Shown piece after piece: positions 25,191-33,460 of a stretch of 42,742 nt of DNA. Source of the stretch: Deltaproteobacteria bacterium (GTDB lineage: Bacteria > Myxococcota_A > UBA9160 > G020347605); assembly GCA_020347605.1 (NCBI GenBank), contig CP070734.1, positions 2,690,338 to 2,733,079 on the forward strand. The letters run 5' to 3'. Below the pieces are notes generated by a model. That model worked only from the letters and a program-made list of their open reading frames with translations, did no database searches and was not told the DNA's origin. The position numbers were made by a program, and so were the translations under genes. The number at the start of each line of letters is the position of its first letter. Position 1 is the first letter of the stretch.

Positions 25191-26049
25191 CGATCGGCAC
25201 CGCGCGCGGCACGACGCGGATCTCCACGGGCGTATCCGCGTAGTCGTCGCCGTCGACCTCGACGGGCACCGGCTCCGCGGAGCGGATCGCGATGCGCCGG
25301 CCGGTCCGGTAGAGGACGCCGTCGAGCCGTGCGATGCGTCCCCGGAACCCCGCCCACGCGTAGCGGACCAGATGCCGGCGCGACGCACGCGCGAACAGGC
25401 ACACGTCGAGCTGCCCCGAGTCGCCGCGCGCCCGGTCGGTCACGCAGAAGAGCCCGCCGTAGTTGCGCGTATTGCTGACCACGACGAGCGCGGCCGGCAG
25501 CTCCTCCCCAGCGTCGATGCGCACGAAGAGCTGCGGCTCGCGGTAGCGCCACAGCGTCTCGAAGATCGGCCGCAGGTAGCCCCGGTAGCCGAGGGCTCCG
25601 GAGCGACGGCGCCGGATGGCGCGCGTGACCATGGCGTCGAAGCCGCAGCTCGCGAGCAGCAGGAAGCGGCGCTCGCCGATCACGCCGAGATCGAGGTGGC
25701 GCACGACGCCCCCCTCGACCAGGTCCGCCACCGCCTCCGGATCGCCGGGCAGGCCGTACTCGTGCGCCAGGATGTTCGCGGTGCCGCTGGGGAGCTGCAC
25801 GATCGGCGGGCCCAGGCGCTCGCCGAGTCCGTTCAACACCTCGTTCAGGGTGCCGTCCCCGCCGGCGACCACGATCCGGTCCAGGTCGGGGGGCCGCAGG
25901 GCGGCGAAGCGCGCCGCGTCGCCCGCGGCGCGCGTGATGCGCGTCGTGACCTCGTGGCCGCGCGCCGCGAGGATCGCTTCGAGCCGCTGGCGCCGGCGCA
26001 GCGCGCGCCGCCTCCCGGAGACCGGATTGGCGATCAGGAGCAGCTTCAC
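25168..26049 (-). CDS. diacylglycerol kinase catalytic-domain lipid kinase (YegS/BmrU family)
   Basis: GTG 26049 gives VKLLLIANPVSGRRRA, and the VVAGGDGTLNEVLNG motif is present. It overlaps the convergent pabB 3' end by 23 nt. ATG 26100 is an alternative longer start. Confidence 0.85.
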   Translation of the reverse strand: MKLLLIANPVSGRRRALRRRQRLEAILAARGHEVTTRITRAAGDAARFAALRPPDLDRIVVAGGDGTLNEVLNGLGERLGPPIVQLPSGTANILAHEYGLPGDPEAVADLVEGGVVRHLDLGVIGERRFLLLASCGFDAMVTRAIRRRRSGALGYRGYLRPIFETLWRYREPQLFVRIDAGEELPAALVVVSNTRNYGGLFCVTDRARGDSGQLDVCLFARASRRHLVRYAWAGFRGRIARLDGVLYRTGRRIAIRSAEPVPVEVDGDDYADTPVEIRVVPRAVPIVMPPARG

Positions 26050-26126
26050 GCGGAACTCGCACCCCCGGGAGACGCTATCGTCTCGCCTCCCCGCGCGCAT
26101 CGCGGGTTCGCCGACGGAGGGCCTTC

Positions 26127-26429
26127 ATGTTCATCGCGATGAATCGCTTCCGGATCCGGCCCGGGTCCGAGGCCGACTTCGAGAAGCTGTGGCGCGAGCG
26201 CGAGTCGTACCTCGACGAGGTTCCGGGCTTCCGGGAGTTCCACCTGCTGCGCGGTCCGAGTAGCGAGGAGTACACGCTCTACGCGTCGCACTCGTCGTGG
26301 GACTCGCGCGAGGCGTTCGAGGCGTGGACGCGTTCCGAGGCGTTCCGCAAGGCGCACGCGCAGGCCCGCTCGCCGGCGGGTACGCTGGTCGGCCACCCGC
26401 AGATGGAGCCCTTCGAGGTGGTGCTCTAG
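26127..26429 (+). CDS. antibiotic biosynthesis monooxygenase (ABM) domain protein
   Basis: 100 aa with GGAGGG 5 nt upstream of ATG 26127. It shows the ABM ferredoxin-like pattern (FIAMNRFRIRPG...FEKLW, FREFHLLRG, YASHSSWDSREAFEAW..S.AF). Confidence 0.8.
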   Translation: MFIAMNRFRIRPGSEADFEKLWRERESYLDEVPGFREFHLLRGPSSEEYTLYASHSSWDSREAFEAWTRSEAFRKAHAQARSPAGTLVGHPQMEPFEVVL

Positions 26430-26448
26430 AACCCGGCGGCCGCTTCGA

Positions 26449-28410
26449 ATGGTCACGCGCGCACCCTACGGGTCCTGGACGTCGCCGATCGGCTCCGAGC
26501 AGGTGGTCGCGGGTGCCGTCGCGCTCGGTCACACCGCGCTCGACGGAGACGCCGTCTACTGGGTGGAGACGCGGCCCGCCGAGGACGGTCGCTGCGCAAT
26601 CGTGCGCCGCGGGAAGGACGGCGTGACGCGCGACGTCCTGCCGGCGCCCTGGAACGCGCGCACGCGCGTCCACGAGTACGGCGGCGCGCCCTTCGCCGTG
26701 GCCGACGGCGTCGTCTTCTTCTCGAACTTCGCCGACCAGCGGCTCTACCGGCTGGATCCCGGCCACGCGCCGCGCCCGCTCGCAGACGCCGCGGAGCGCC
26801 GCTACGCGGACGCCGTCGTCGACGCGCGCCGCAAGCGGCTCGTCGCCGTCTGCGAGGACCACACGGGCGGCGGGAACGAGCCGGTGAATCGGCTCGTCGG
26901 CGTCGGTCTCGAAGGAGAGGCGGAGCCCGAGGCGCTCGCGAGCGGCTACGACTTCTATGCGGCGCCGCGCCTGCGCGGCGACGGAAAGGCGCTCGCCTGG
27001 CTGTGCTGGAACCACCCGAACATGCCCTGGGACGGCAGCGAGCTCTTCGTCGGAGAGCTCGACGCGCGCGGGCGCATCTCGCGCGCGCGGCGCGTGGCGG
27101 GCGGCGCGAACGAGTCGATCTTCCAGCCGGAGTGGTCGCCCGCGGGCGTGCTGCACTTCGTCTCGGATCGCAGTGGCTACTGGAACCTGTATCGACTCGA
27201 CGCAGCGCAGGCGCGCCCGCTCTGTCCCATGGAGGCCGAGTTCGGCCTGCCGCAATGGGCGTTCGGGATGTCCACCTACGCGCTCGTCTCGGAGCGAGAG
27301 ATCGTGTGCGCCTACACGCGCGACGGCCTGTGGCAGCTGGCGCGCGCAGCCGCCGATCGCGACGAGCTCGACCCGATCGAGACGCCCTGGACGGAGATCA
27401 CCGGGCTCCGGGCGTCGAACGGGCGCGTCATCTTCGCGGGCGCGTCGGCCCGGGAGCCCAGCTCGCTCGTCGAGCTGGAGCTGGCGAGCGGTCGTCTGCG
27501 CGTGCTGCGCCGCTTCAGCGCGTTCGAGGTCGACGCCGACTACCTGTCGCTGCCCGAGCCGATCGCGTTCGAGACGACGGGTGGACGCACCGCGCACGCG
27601 CTCTTCTACCCGCCGCGGAACCGCGACTTCGAGGCGCCGCCCGGAGAGGCGCCGCCGCTCCTCACGAAGTGCCACGGCGGACCCACGGCGGCGGCATCCA
27701 GCGCGCTCTCCCTGCGCACGCAGTACTGGACGAGCCGCGGCATCGCGGTACTCGACGTGAACTACGGCGGCAGCACGGGGTACGGGCGCGCCTATCGCGA
27801 GCGGCTGGCCGGGCAGTGGGGCGTCGTCGACGTGGACGACTGCGCGAACGGCGCGCGGGCGCTGGTCGCGCGGGGGCGCGTGGACGGGGAACGGCTGGCG
27901 ATCACCGGCGGAAGTGCCGGGGGCTACACGACGCTGTGCGCGCTCACGTTCCGAAAGGTGTTCGAGGCGGGCGCCAGCCATTACGGGATCAGCGACCTCG
28001 AAGCGCTGGCGCGCGACACCCACAAGTTCGAGTCGCGCTACACGGACCGACTGGTGGCTCCCTATCCCGAGCGCCGCGACCTCTACGTGGAGCGCTCGCC
28101 GATCCACCACGTGGACCGCCTCACCTGCCCGGTGATCTTCTTCCAGGGACTCGAGGACCGCGTGGTGCCCCCGGACCAGGCGCAGCGGATGGTGGAGGCG
28201 CTCCGCGCCAAGGGCCTCCCGGTCGCGTATCTCGCGTTCGAGGGCGAGCAGCACGGCTTCCGCCGCGCCGAGAACATCCGCCGCGCGCTCGACGCCGAGT
28301 TCGCGTTCTACGCGCGGATCTTCGGCTTCGAACCCGCGGACCCGCTACCCGAGCTCGAGATCGAGAACCTGCCGCCGCGCAGATCGAACGCGCCACGCGG
28401 GTCCGCGTAG
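26449..28410 (+). CDS. S9 family serine peptidase (prolyl oligopeptidase / acylaminoacyl-peptidase-like)
   Basis: 653 aa with an N-terminal beta-propeller region and a C-terminal alpha/beta hydrolase. The catalytic Ser is in ITGGSAGGYT, Asp in FFQGLEDRVVP and His in FEGEQHGF. Confidence 0.9.
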   Translation: MVTRAPYGSWTSPIGSEQVVAGAVALGHTALDGDAVYWVETRPAEDGRCAIVRRGKDGVTRDVLPAPWNARTRVHEYGGAPFAVADGVVFFSNFADQRLYRLDPGHAPRPLADAAERRYADAVVDARRKRLVAVCEDHTGGGNEPVNRLVGVGLEGEAEPEALASGYDFYAAPRLRGDGKALAWLCWNHPNMPWDGSELFVGELDARGRISRARRVAGGANESIFQPEWSPAGVLHFVSDRSGYWNLYRLDAAQARPLCPMEAEFGLPQWAFGMSTYALVSEREIVCAYTRDGLWQLARAAADRDELDPIETPWTEITGLRASNGRVIFAGASAREPSSLVELELASGRLRVLRRFSAFEVDADYLSLPEPIAFETTGGRTAHALFYPPRNRDFEAPPGEAPPLLTKCHGGPTAAASSALSLRTQYWTSRGIAVLDVNYGGSTGYGRAYRERLAGQWGVVDVDDCANGARALVARGRVDGERLAITGGSAGGYTTLCALTFRKVFEAGASHYGISDLEALARDTHKFESRYTDRLVAPYPERRDLYVERSPIHHVDRLTCPVIFFQGLEDRVVPPDQAQRMVEALRAKGLPVAYLAFEGEQHGFRRAENIRRALDAEFAFYARIFGFEPADPLPELEIENLPPRRSNAPRGSA

Positions 28411-28418
28411 CGCCGCAC

Positions 28419-28724
28419 TCACTCTGCGTGCTCGAGGTCGACGGCCTCGAAGTGTTCGACGCTGGGGAACGGGTCGTAGAAGCCGTGCAGCAGCCGTCGC
28501 CACTCCGCGTACTGCGGGGACTTCCGGAATCCCTCCACGTGGTCCGAAAGCTGCTCCCAGCGGACCAGCAGGAGGTATCGGCCCGGGACCTCGAGGCAGC
28601 GCTGGAGCTCGTGCGAGAGATACCCGGGCATCGACGCGATGATGCGCGAGGCGTGGCGGAAGGTGTTCTCGAACTCGGCCTCGCGCCCGCGCACGACGTT
28701 CAGCATCGCCGCCTCGAGAATCAT
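28419..28724 (-). CDS. antibiotic biosynthesis monooxygenase (ABM) domain protein
   Basis: 101 aa from ATG 28724, with the pattern MLNVVRGREAEFENTF...PGYLSHELQRCLE.PGRYLLLVRWEQLSDHVEGFRKSPQY..W. Confidence 0.75.
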   Translation of the reverse strand: MILEAAMLNVVRGREAEFENTFRHASRIIASMPGYLSHELQRCLEVPGRYLLLVRWEQLSDHVEGFRKSPQYAEWRRLLHGFYDPFPSVEHFEAVDLEHAE

Positions 28725-28858
28725 CGTCGTACTCCCTGCGCTGCGACGCGCCCTCGGCGTGCGCGCGCGGACGCTCCCTCGGCGGGGGCCGCCCCCGTTC
28801 CCCGCGCGCACGTCCGATCGTCTTCGATCCGCCGCGGCGCGGCAAGCGCAGCCGGCGC

Positions 28859-30220
28859 TCAAGCGTGGGTCGGCGGCTCGGGCCCCGACGGCTGGAGCGG
28901 GTCCCACGCGAGCGGCGCCACCGCCACTTCGCCGGACGTGAGCGTCGCCGCCCACGGCCAGCCGGCGGTGGTGACGTACCAGGCGCCGTCCTCGGGACGC
29001 TGCACCAGGCGCGGCGCGTGCGCCTCGAGTTCGGTCAGCAGGGTGGGCGCGTTCCGTCGGCCGCGGTAGGTGCCGAAGTCGTAGGGATTGTCCGCGTGGA
29101 AGACGAGCGTCTCGTTGTAGCTGCGCCGATTCGGCCAGCGCTTCCACAGGAGCAGCACGCCGGGCCAGAAGAACGAGTCGTTGTTGTAGGTCAGGGAGAG
29201 GTAGTAGCGCCCCGCGTACGGCGTCACGCAGGGCGACTCCGTCGAGGCGAAGGGCGAGTTCCGCTCGCTGCCCCAGCCCGTCGCGAGCGCCGCGCGGATG
29301 TACTGCCAGTCGCGCAGGTCGAACGACTGGTAGACGTCCACCCGCGAGTAGTAACGGCCCCGCGCGGTGCAGTAGAGCAGCCACTGGCGCTCCGCGACCT
29401 TCAGGACCATCGCGTCGCGAAAGAACCGGTGGACGGGCGCCGCCATCGCGATGCGGTGCCCCTCCCAGCGGATGCCGTCGCGGGACGTCATCTCGTGGAG
29501 CCGGTGTGGCGACCAGAACAGATGGTACGTGTCGCCGTTCCGGACGACGTGGGGGGCCCACGCCAGCTCCCCGAAGTCGGCGACGGGCTCGGCCTCCCGC
29601 ATGCCTTCGTCCGGCGGGAACGAGCGGCTCACACCGACGGCGAAGTGCCGCTCCTGGTTCAGGTCTCCGTCTCCGGGCCCCGTGATTCCGAGCAGGCGCC
29701 AGTCGCCGCGCGCATCGCGGAACACCGCGTGGTCGTTCACGTAGCTCCCGTGCCGCGCCGGGCGGAACAGCGTCTGCCAGGGACCGGCGATGCGCGGTGT
29801 GAAGCGCGGCGGCGTCCCCGGCGCCGGCTCGGCGCGCACGGCGCCGACTTCGACGAGCCCGCCTCCCTCGCGCCGCACCGCCAGCACGCGGAAGTCGCCC
29901 CCCGCGCCTCGGTGCAGCAGCGATCCGTACGTCGTCCGTGCGAGCGACCGCCAGGGCCCGGTGCCGGCCTCGCGCCACTCGACCCGGTAGCGCTCGCGCT
30001 CCGGGTCGGCGATCCAGCCGAGGTGGACCCAGCCGGCGCCGGCGACCACCTGCACGCCGTGCTCGCGCTGACGGTCGCGCACCCGTTCGCGCGGCAGCGA
30101 GCCGTAGAAGCTCGTCGCGAGCGGCCACTCGAGGTACAGGCGCACGAGGCACTCGACGGCGAGCCCGGCGGCGAGGACCGCCGCCGCGATTCCGAGCGCG
30201 AGCGCGAGGACGCCGCTCAT
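28859..30220 (-). CDS. membrane-anchored beta-propeller glycoside-hydrolase-like protein (GH43/32/68-clan-like), unassigned family
   Basis: 453 aa with an N-terminal TM (VLALALGIAAAVLAAGLAV) and an Ig/FN3-like stretch. Repeated propeller-blade motifs follow: NDHAVFRDARGDWRLLGI, WAPHVVRNGDTYHLFWS, FFRDAMVLKVAERQWLLYCT and STESPCVTPYAGRYYLSLT. These carry candidate Asp/Asp/Glu catalytic residues. Confidence 0.65.
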   Translation of the reverse strand: MSGVLALALGIAAAVLAAGLAVECLVRLYLEWPLATSFYGSLPRERVRDRQREHGVQVVAGAGWVHLGWIADPERERYRVEWREAGTGPWRSLARTTYGSLLHRGAGGDFRVLAVRREGGGLVEVGAVRAEPAPGTPPRFTPRIAGPWQTLFRPARHGSYVNDHAVFRDARGDWRLLGITGPGDGDLNQERHFAVGVSRSFPPDEGMREAEPVADFGELAWAPHVVRNGDTYHLFWSPHRLHEMTSRDGIRWEGHRIAMAAPVHRFFRDAMVLKVAERQWLLYCTARGRYYSRVDVYQSFDLRDWQYIRAALATGWGSERNSPFASTESPCVTPYAGRYYLSLTYNNDSFFWPGVLLLWKRWPNRRSYNETLVFHADNPYDFGTYRGRRNAPTLLTELEAHAPRLVQRPEDGAWYVTTAGWPWAATLTSGEVAVAPLAWDPLQPSGPEPPTHA

Positions 30221-30269
30221 GACGCCCGCTCCCGGGCGCGGTGTCGCAGGCGCGAGCCGCGGGGCCGCA

Positions 30270-31649
30270 TCAGGAAACCCGCGCGTCGATCGCGCTTCGG
30301 ATCTCGGCGTGGAGGCTGCGGCTCAAGCCGAAGCGCATGAAGACCAGCAGCCCGGCGCTGTAGCAAAAGAAGGGGATGCCCGACATGAGCGCCCGGATCG
30401 CCCACTTCGTGGACTGCGTCTGCTCGACGTTCGGCTCGAACCCGCTGGCGCCGAGCAGGAAGCCGACCAGCATGCCCGCGAGCCCCGATGCGGTCTTGAA
30501 CGCGAAGCTCCAGGCGGCGAAGTACATGCCCTCCTTTCGCTCCCCCGTGCGGAGCTCGTCGTAGTCGATGACGTCGGCCTGGATCGAGGGGAACAGGACG
30601 TCGAGACAGGCGCCCGCACCGCCCGCGAGGCCCGCCACCAGCGTCACGCCGACGAGGTCGCCCTCTCCCATGAAGCCGAGCGCACCCATCGCGAGGCTCA
30701 CGACGCACATGCTGACCAGGCACAGCGACTTCTTCTCGAAGCGCTGGCCCAGCCGCACCCACAGCGGAATGGCGACGAGCGACGTGACGAAGAACGTCCC
30801 GAGGATCCACGCCACGGCTCCCGGGGCGCCCAGGACGTACTGGGAGAAGTAGGCCGCCATGATGGTCACGGCGCCGACGCCGATCTGCTGGAGGAAGAAG
30901 ACGAGCAGCAGGAGACGCGCGTGCGGGTTGCGCCAGATGTCCGAGACCGCGCCCAGCGGATTGCGGGCGCCGCGCCCCTGATACTCGGGCCGCTCGCGGA
31001 TGCGCCACGCCGTGAAGATCATGAGCAGCGACGTGATCACGGCGGCGCCGCCGGCGATGGCGCGGGCGTCCCCTCGCGCATCGGCCGCGGAGCTCAGCCA
31101 GGCGAGTGCCGCGAGCGCCGAGATCGCGCCGATTCCGAAGCAGGCGCGCCGCACACCGAACAGGCGGTTGCGATCGTGGTAGCCGGTGCTGAGCTCCGCG
31201 CCGAGCGAGTCGTGCGGCATCATGAACACCGTCATCCCCGTGTAGAAGAGCACCACCATGATTCCGGTCCAGAGCACCAGCGCCTGCGGCGTGAGCGTCT
31301 CCGGCGGGCTCCACATGAGCGCGAACACGGCGCCGACCGGCACCGCGCCTGCGAGCATCCACGGGCGCCGCCGGCCGATGCGGGTTCGCGTCCGGTCGGA
31401 GAGATAGCCGGCCAGCGGATCCGACATGGCGTCCCAGATGCGCGAGGCGAGGAAGATCGCCCCCATCGCCGCCGGCGTGATGCCGAGCACGTCGGTGGAG
31501 AACTTGATCAGGTAGGAGCTGGTGAGGAAGAACATGAAGCCGGCGCCGCCGATCGGCGCGGCGTAGAGGACGATCGTCGCGAGCGGGAGGGGCGCATCGG
31601 CGCGCTTCGAGTTCGCGCCCCGCGCGTCGAATCGCCCGGCTCGACTCAG
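30270..31649 (-). CDS. MFS transporter, glycoside-pentoside-hexuronide (GPH) cation symporter family
   Basis: The GPH signature FLASRIWDAMSDPLAGYLSDRTRTRIGRRRPW follows TM1/TM2, and about 12 TM helices are present. The stop is at 30270. The 5' end is uncertain because there is no in-frame ATG/GTG/TTG before TM1. The coordinate given is an in-frame CTG overlapping the upstream stop (CTGA). Confidence 0.78.
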   Translation of the reverse strand: MSRAGRFDARGANSKRADAPLPLATIVLYAAPIGGAGFMFFLTSSYLIKFSTDVLGITPAAMGAIFLASRIWDAMSDPLAGYLSDRTRTRIGRRRPWMLAGAVPVGAVFALMWSPPETLTPQALVLWTGIMVVLFYTGMTVFMMPHDSLGAELSTGYHDRNRLFGVRRACFGIGAISALAALAWLSSAADARGDARAIAGGAAVITSLLMIFTAWRIRERPEYQGRGARNPLGAVSDIWRNPHARLLLLVFFLQQIGVGAVTIMAAYFSQYVLGAPGAVAWILGTFFVTSLVAIPLWVRLGQRFEKKSLCLVSMCVVSLAMGALGFMGEGDLVGVTLVAGLAGGAGACLDVLFPSIQADVIDYDELRTGERKEGMYFAAWSFAFKTASGLAGMLVGFLLGASGFEPNVEQTQSTKWAIRALMSGIPFFCYSAGLLVFMRFGLSRSLHAEIRSAIDARVS

Positions 31650-32668
31650 AGACGCCCCGCCAGGATGTTCGCCAGCGGGCGCGTTCCGTCGAGACGCTCG
31701 AACAGGATCTTCATCACGGCGGTGATCGGCGTGGCGAGGAGCATCCCCACGATGCCCCAGATCATGCCCCACAGGATCAGCGCGAGCAGGATCGCGATCG
31801 GGTGGATCTCGAACGAATCGCCCATCACCTTCGGGGCGATGATGTTCCCGATCGTGAACTGGATCGATCCCGGTATGGCGATGGCCAGGGCCGCGGAGAG
31901 CGCCGTCATGTCGGGGCTGAACAGCACGACGGGCAGCGGAAGCAGTGTGGCGATGATCGATCCCACCGTCGGGATGAAGTTCAGCAGAAAGGCGAACAGC
32001 CCGAACACCATGGCGAGGTCGACGCCCAGAAGCTCGAGCACCAGCCACACCAGGACGCCGGTCGCCGCCGAGATCACCGCCTGCGTGACCAGATAGCGCT
32101 TGACGCGCGACTCGAGCATGCCCCAGGTGCCGGTGTCCTCGGCGCGGCTGCCGGCACCACCGATCAGCAGGTACACGATGAAGATCAGCACCAGGACGGA
32201 TTGCGAGAGCGTGTCGAGGATCGCGTTCGTGGTGCCCATCAGCATGCGGCCCACCGCGCTCACGGGCACCTTGGACAGGGGCCGCAGCACCTCCTGCTCG
32301 CTCCAGCCCAGTTCCTCGAGCGGCAGCGCGGTGACGACCCGGCTCATGAGCTGGGCGAGCTGTCGCTGATAGCCGCTCGCGTTGGCCGCGAGCTGGTTGA
32401 GCGAGGTCGACATCAGCGTGGCGAGCAGGCCCAGCACCACGAGGCCGATCGCCAGCGTTCCGACGACGGCCACGAGCCGCGGCGCGCGCAGGTAGCGCAT
32501 CTGGACGTCCACGAGCGGAGACAGCGCCAGCGCGAAGAACACGGCGAGCACGAACGGGATCATCACCGGCCGCAGCAGGTAGAGCGCCACCCCGACCGCA
32601 ACGGTGGCCAGGACCACGAGCGCGATCGTCCGGACGCGTTGCTCGAGCGCGGTCGAATCGTTCGGCAG
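31646..32668 (-). CDS. AI-2E family transporter (PerM/YhhT, UPF0118)
   Basis: Polytopic protein with the typical LYLLRPVMIPFVLAVFFALALSPLV start and the C-terminal GMIWGIVGMLLATPITAVMKILFERL. The start is uncertain. The coordinate given is an in-frame CTG preceded by GAGGAAGCGGAAG. GTG 32617 would truncate TM1, and the longest ORF (GTG 32902) would overlap the upstream gene by 140 nt. Confidence 0.78.
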   Translation of the reverse strand: MPNDSTALEQRVRTIALVVLATVAVGVALYLLRPVMIPFVLAVFFALALSPLVDVQMRYLRAPRLVAVVGTLAIGLVVLGLLATLMSTSLNQLAANASGYQRQLAQLMSRVVTALPLEELGWSEQEVLRPLSKVPVSAVGRMLMGTTNAILDTLSQSVLVLIFIVYLLIGGAGSRAEDTGTWGMLESRVKRYLVTQAVISAATGVLVWLVLELLGVDLAMVFGLFAFLLNFIPTVGSIIATLLPLPVVLFSPDMTALSAALAIAIPGSIQFTIGNIIAPKVMGDSFEIHPIAILLALILWGMIWGIVGMLLATPITAVMKILFERLDGTRPLANILAGRL

Positions 32669-32762
32669 CTTCCGCTTCCTCGCTATCGGGCGGCCGCAAT
32701 CATGACACAGCGGGCGCAGCGAGCCGAGCGCACGCGCGGCTTCGACGTCGGGCCGGAGCGGC

Positions 32763-33320
32763 TCAGTGGCCGTCGCGCACGGGACGGCGCATCCGGGGAA
32801 GCCAGCGCGGCACCTTCTGGCAATAGCGTTCGTAGCTCTCGCCGAAGCGCTCGCGCAGCTCGGGCTCCTCGACGTGGACGACCAGCAGGTGCGCCGCCGC
32901 ACTGATCGACGCGGCGTAGAGCAGGACGCCCAGATTCGCGAGGTAGAGCGCCTCGGCCCAGATCACCAGCAGCTCGGCCGCCATGATCGGATTCCGCACC
33001 ACCGAGAAGAGCCCCCCCGTGACCAGGTTGCGGGGGGCGTCCATCGGCAGGGGCGTGCCCCGGCCGCGGCGACTGAAGACGTCCAGGCAGGCGAGCCAGG
33101 CCAGGATCCCGACGCCGAACAGGACCCCGGCCGGGAACACGCGCAGCGCGTCGGGAATGGGCAGCGCCACGGGAACGAGCCGGTGAGCGAGCCCGGGCAG
33201 CGCGACCATGAAGACGGCGAAGAAGAGAACGGCGTTGAGCAGCGACTTCGACCACAGCGCGGCCGTGCTCCGCGTCCGGCTGGCGCGGATCGAGCGGCGC
33301 AGGGCGGAACGAAGCGTCAC
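32763..33320 (-). CDS. isoprenylcysteine carboxyl methyltransferase (ICMT)/phospholipid methyltransferase-family membrane protein
   Basis: 185 aa from GTG 33320, with AAGGAGA 7 nt upstream. The C-terminal motif is LVTGGLFSVVRNPIMAAELLVIW....EEPELRERFGESYERYCQKVPRW. Confidence 0.8.
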   Translation of the reverse strand: MTLRSALRRSIRASRTRSTAALWSKSLLNAVLFFAVFMVALPGLAHRLVPVALPIPDALRVFPAGVLFGVGILAWLACLDVFSRRGRGTPLPMDAPRNLVTGGLFSVVRNPIMAAELLVIWAEALYLANLGVLLYAASISAAAHLLVVHVEEPELRERFGESYERYCQKVPRWLPRMRRPVRDGH

Positions 33321-33460
33321 GGCGGGCTCTCCTTCGGCGGCACGCTCCGGGCATGATCGGCAGCGGACGCGCCCGCGGCAAGGCCCCCCGCGCGGGGCGG
33401 GCCGATCGGCAAGCGTCGACGCCGCCGTTTCGACTAGGCTCCTCGGCCGTGGACGCCCCG

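Noticed and set aside
32669-32902. N-terminal extension of the AI-2E transporter ORF back to GTG 32902
   Set aside because: It would overlap the upstream methyltransferase gene by 140 nt and add an Arg/Ser/Cys-rich, non-membrane segment unlike AI-2E family N-termini.
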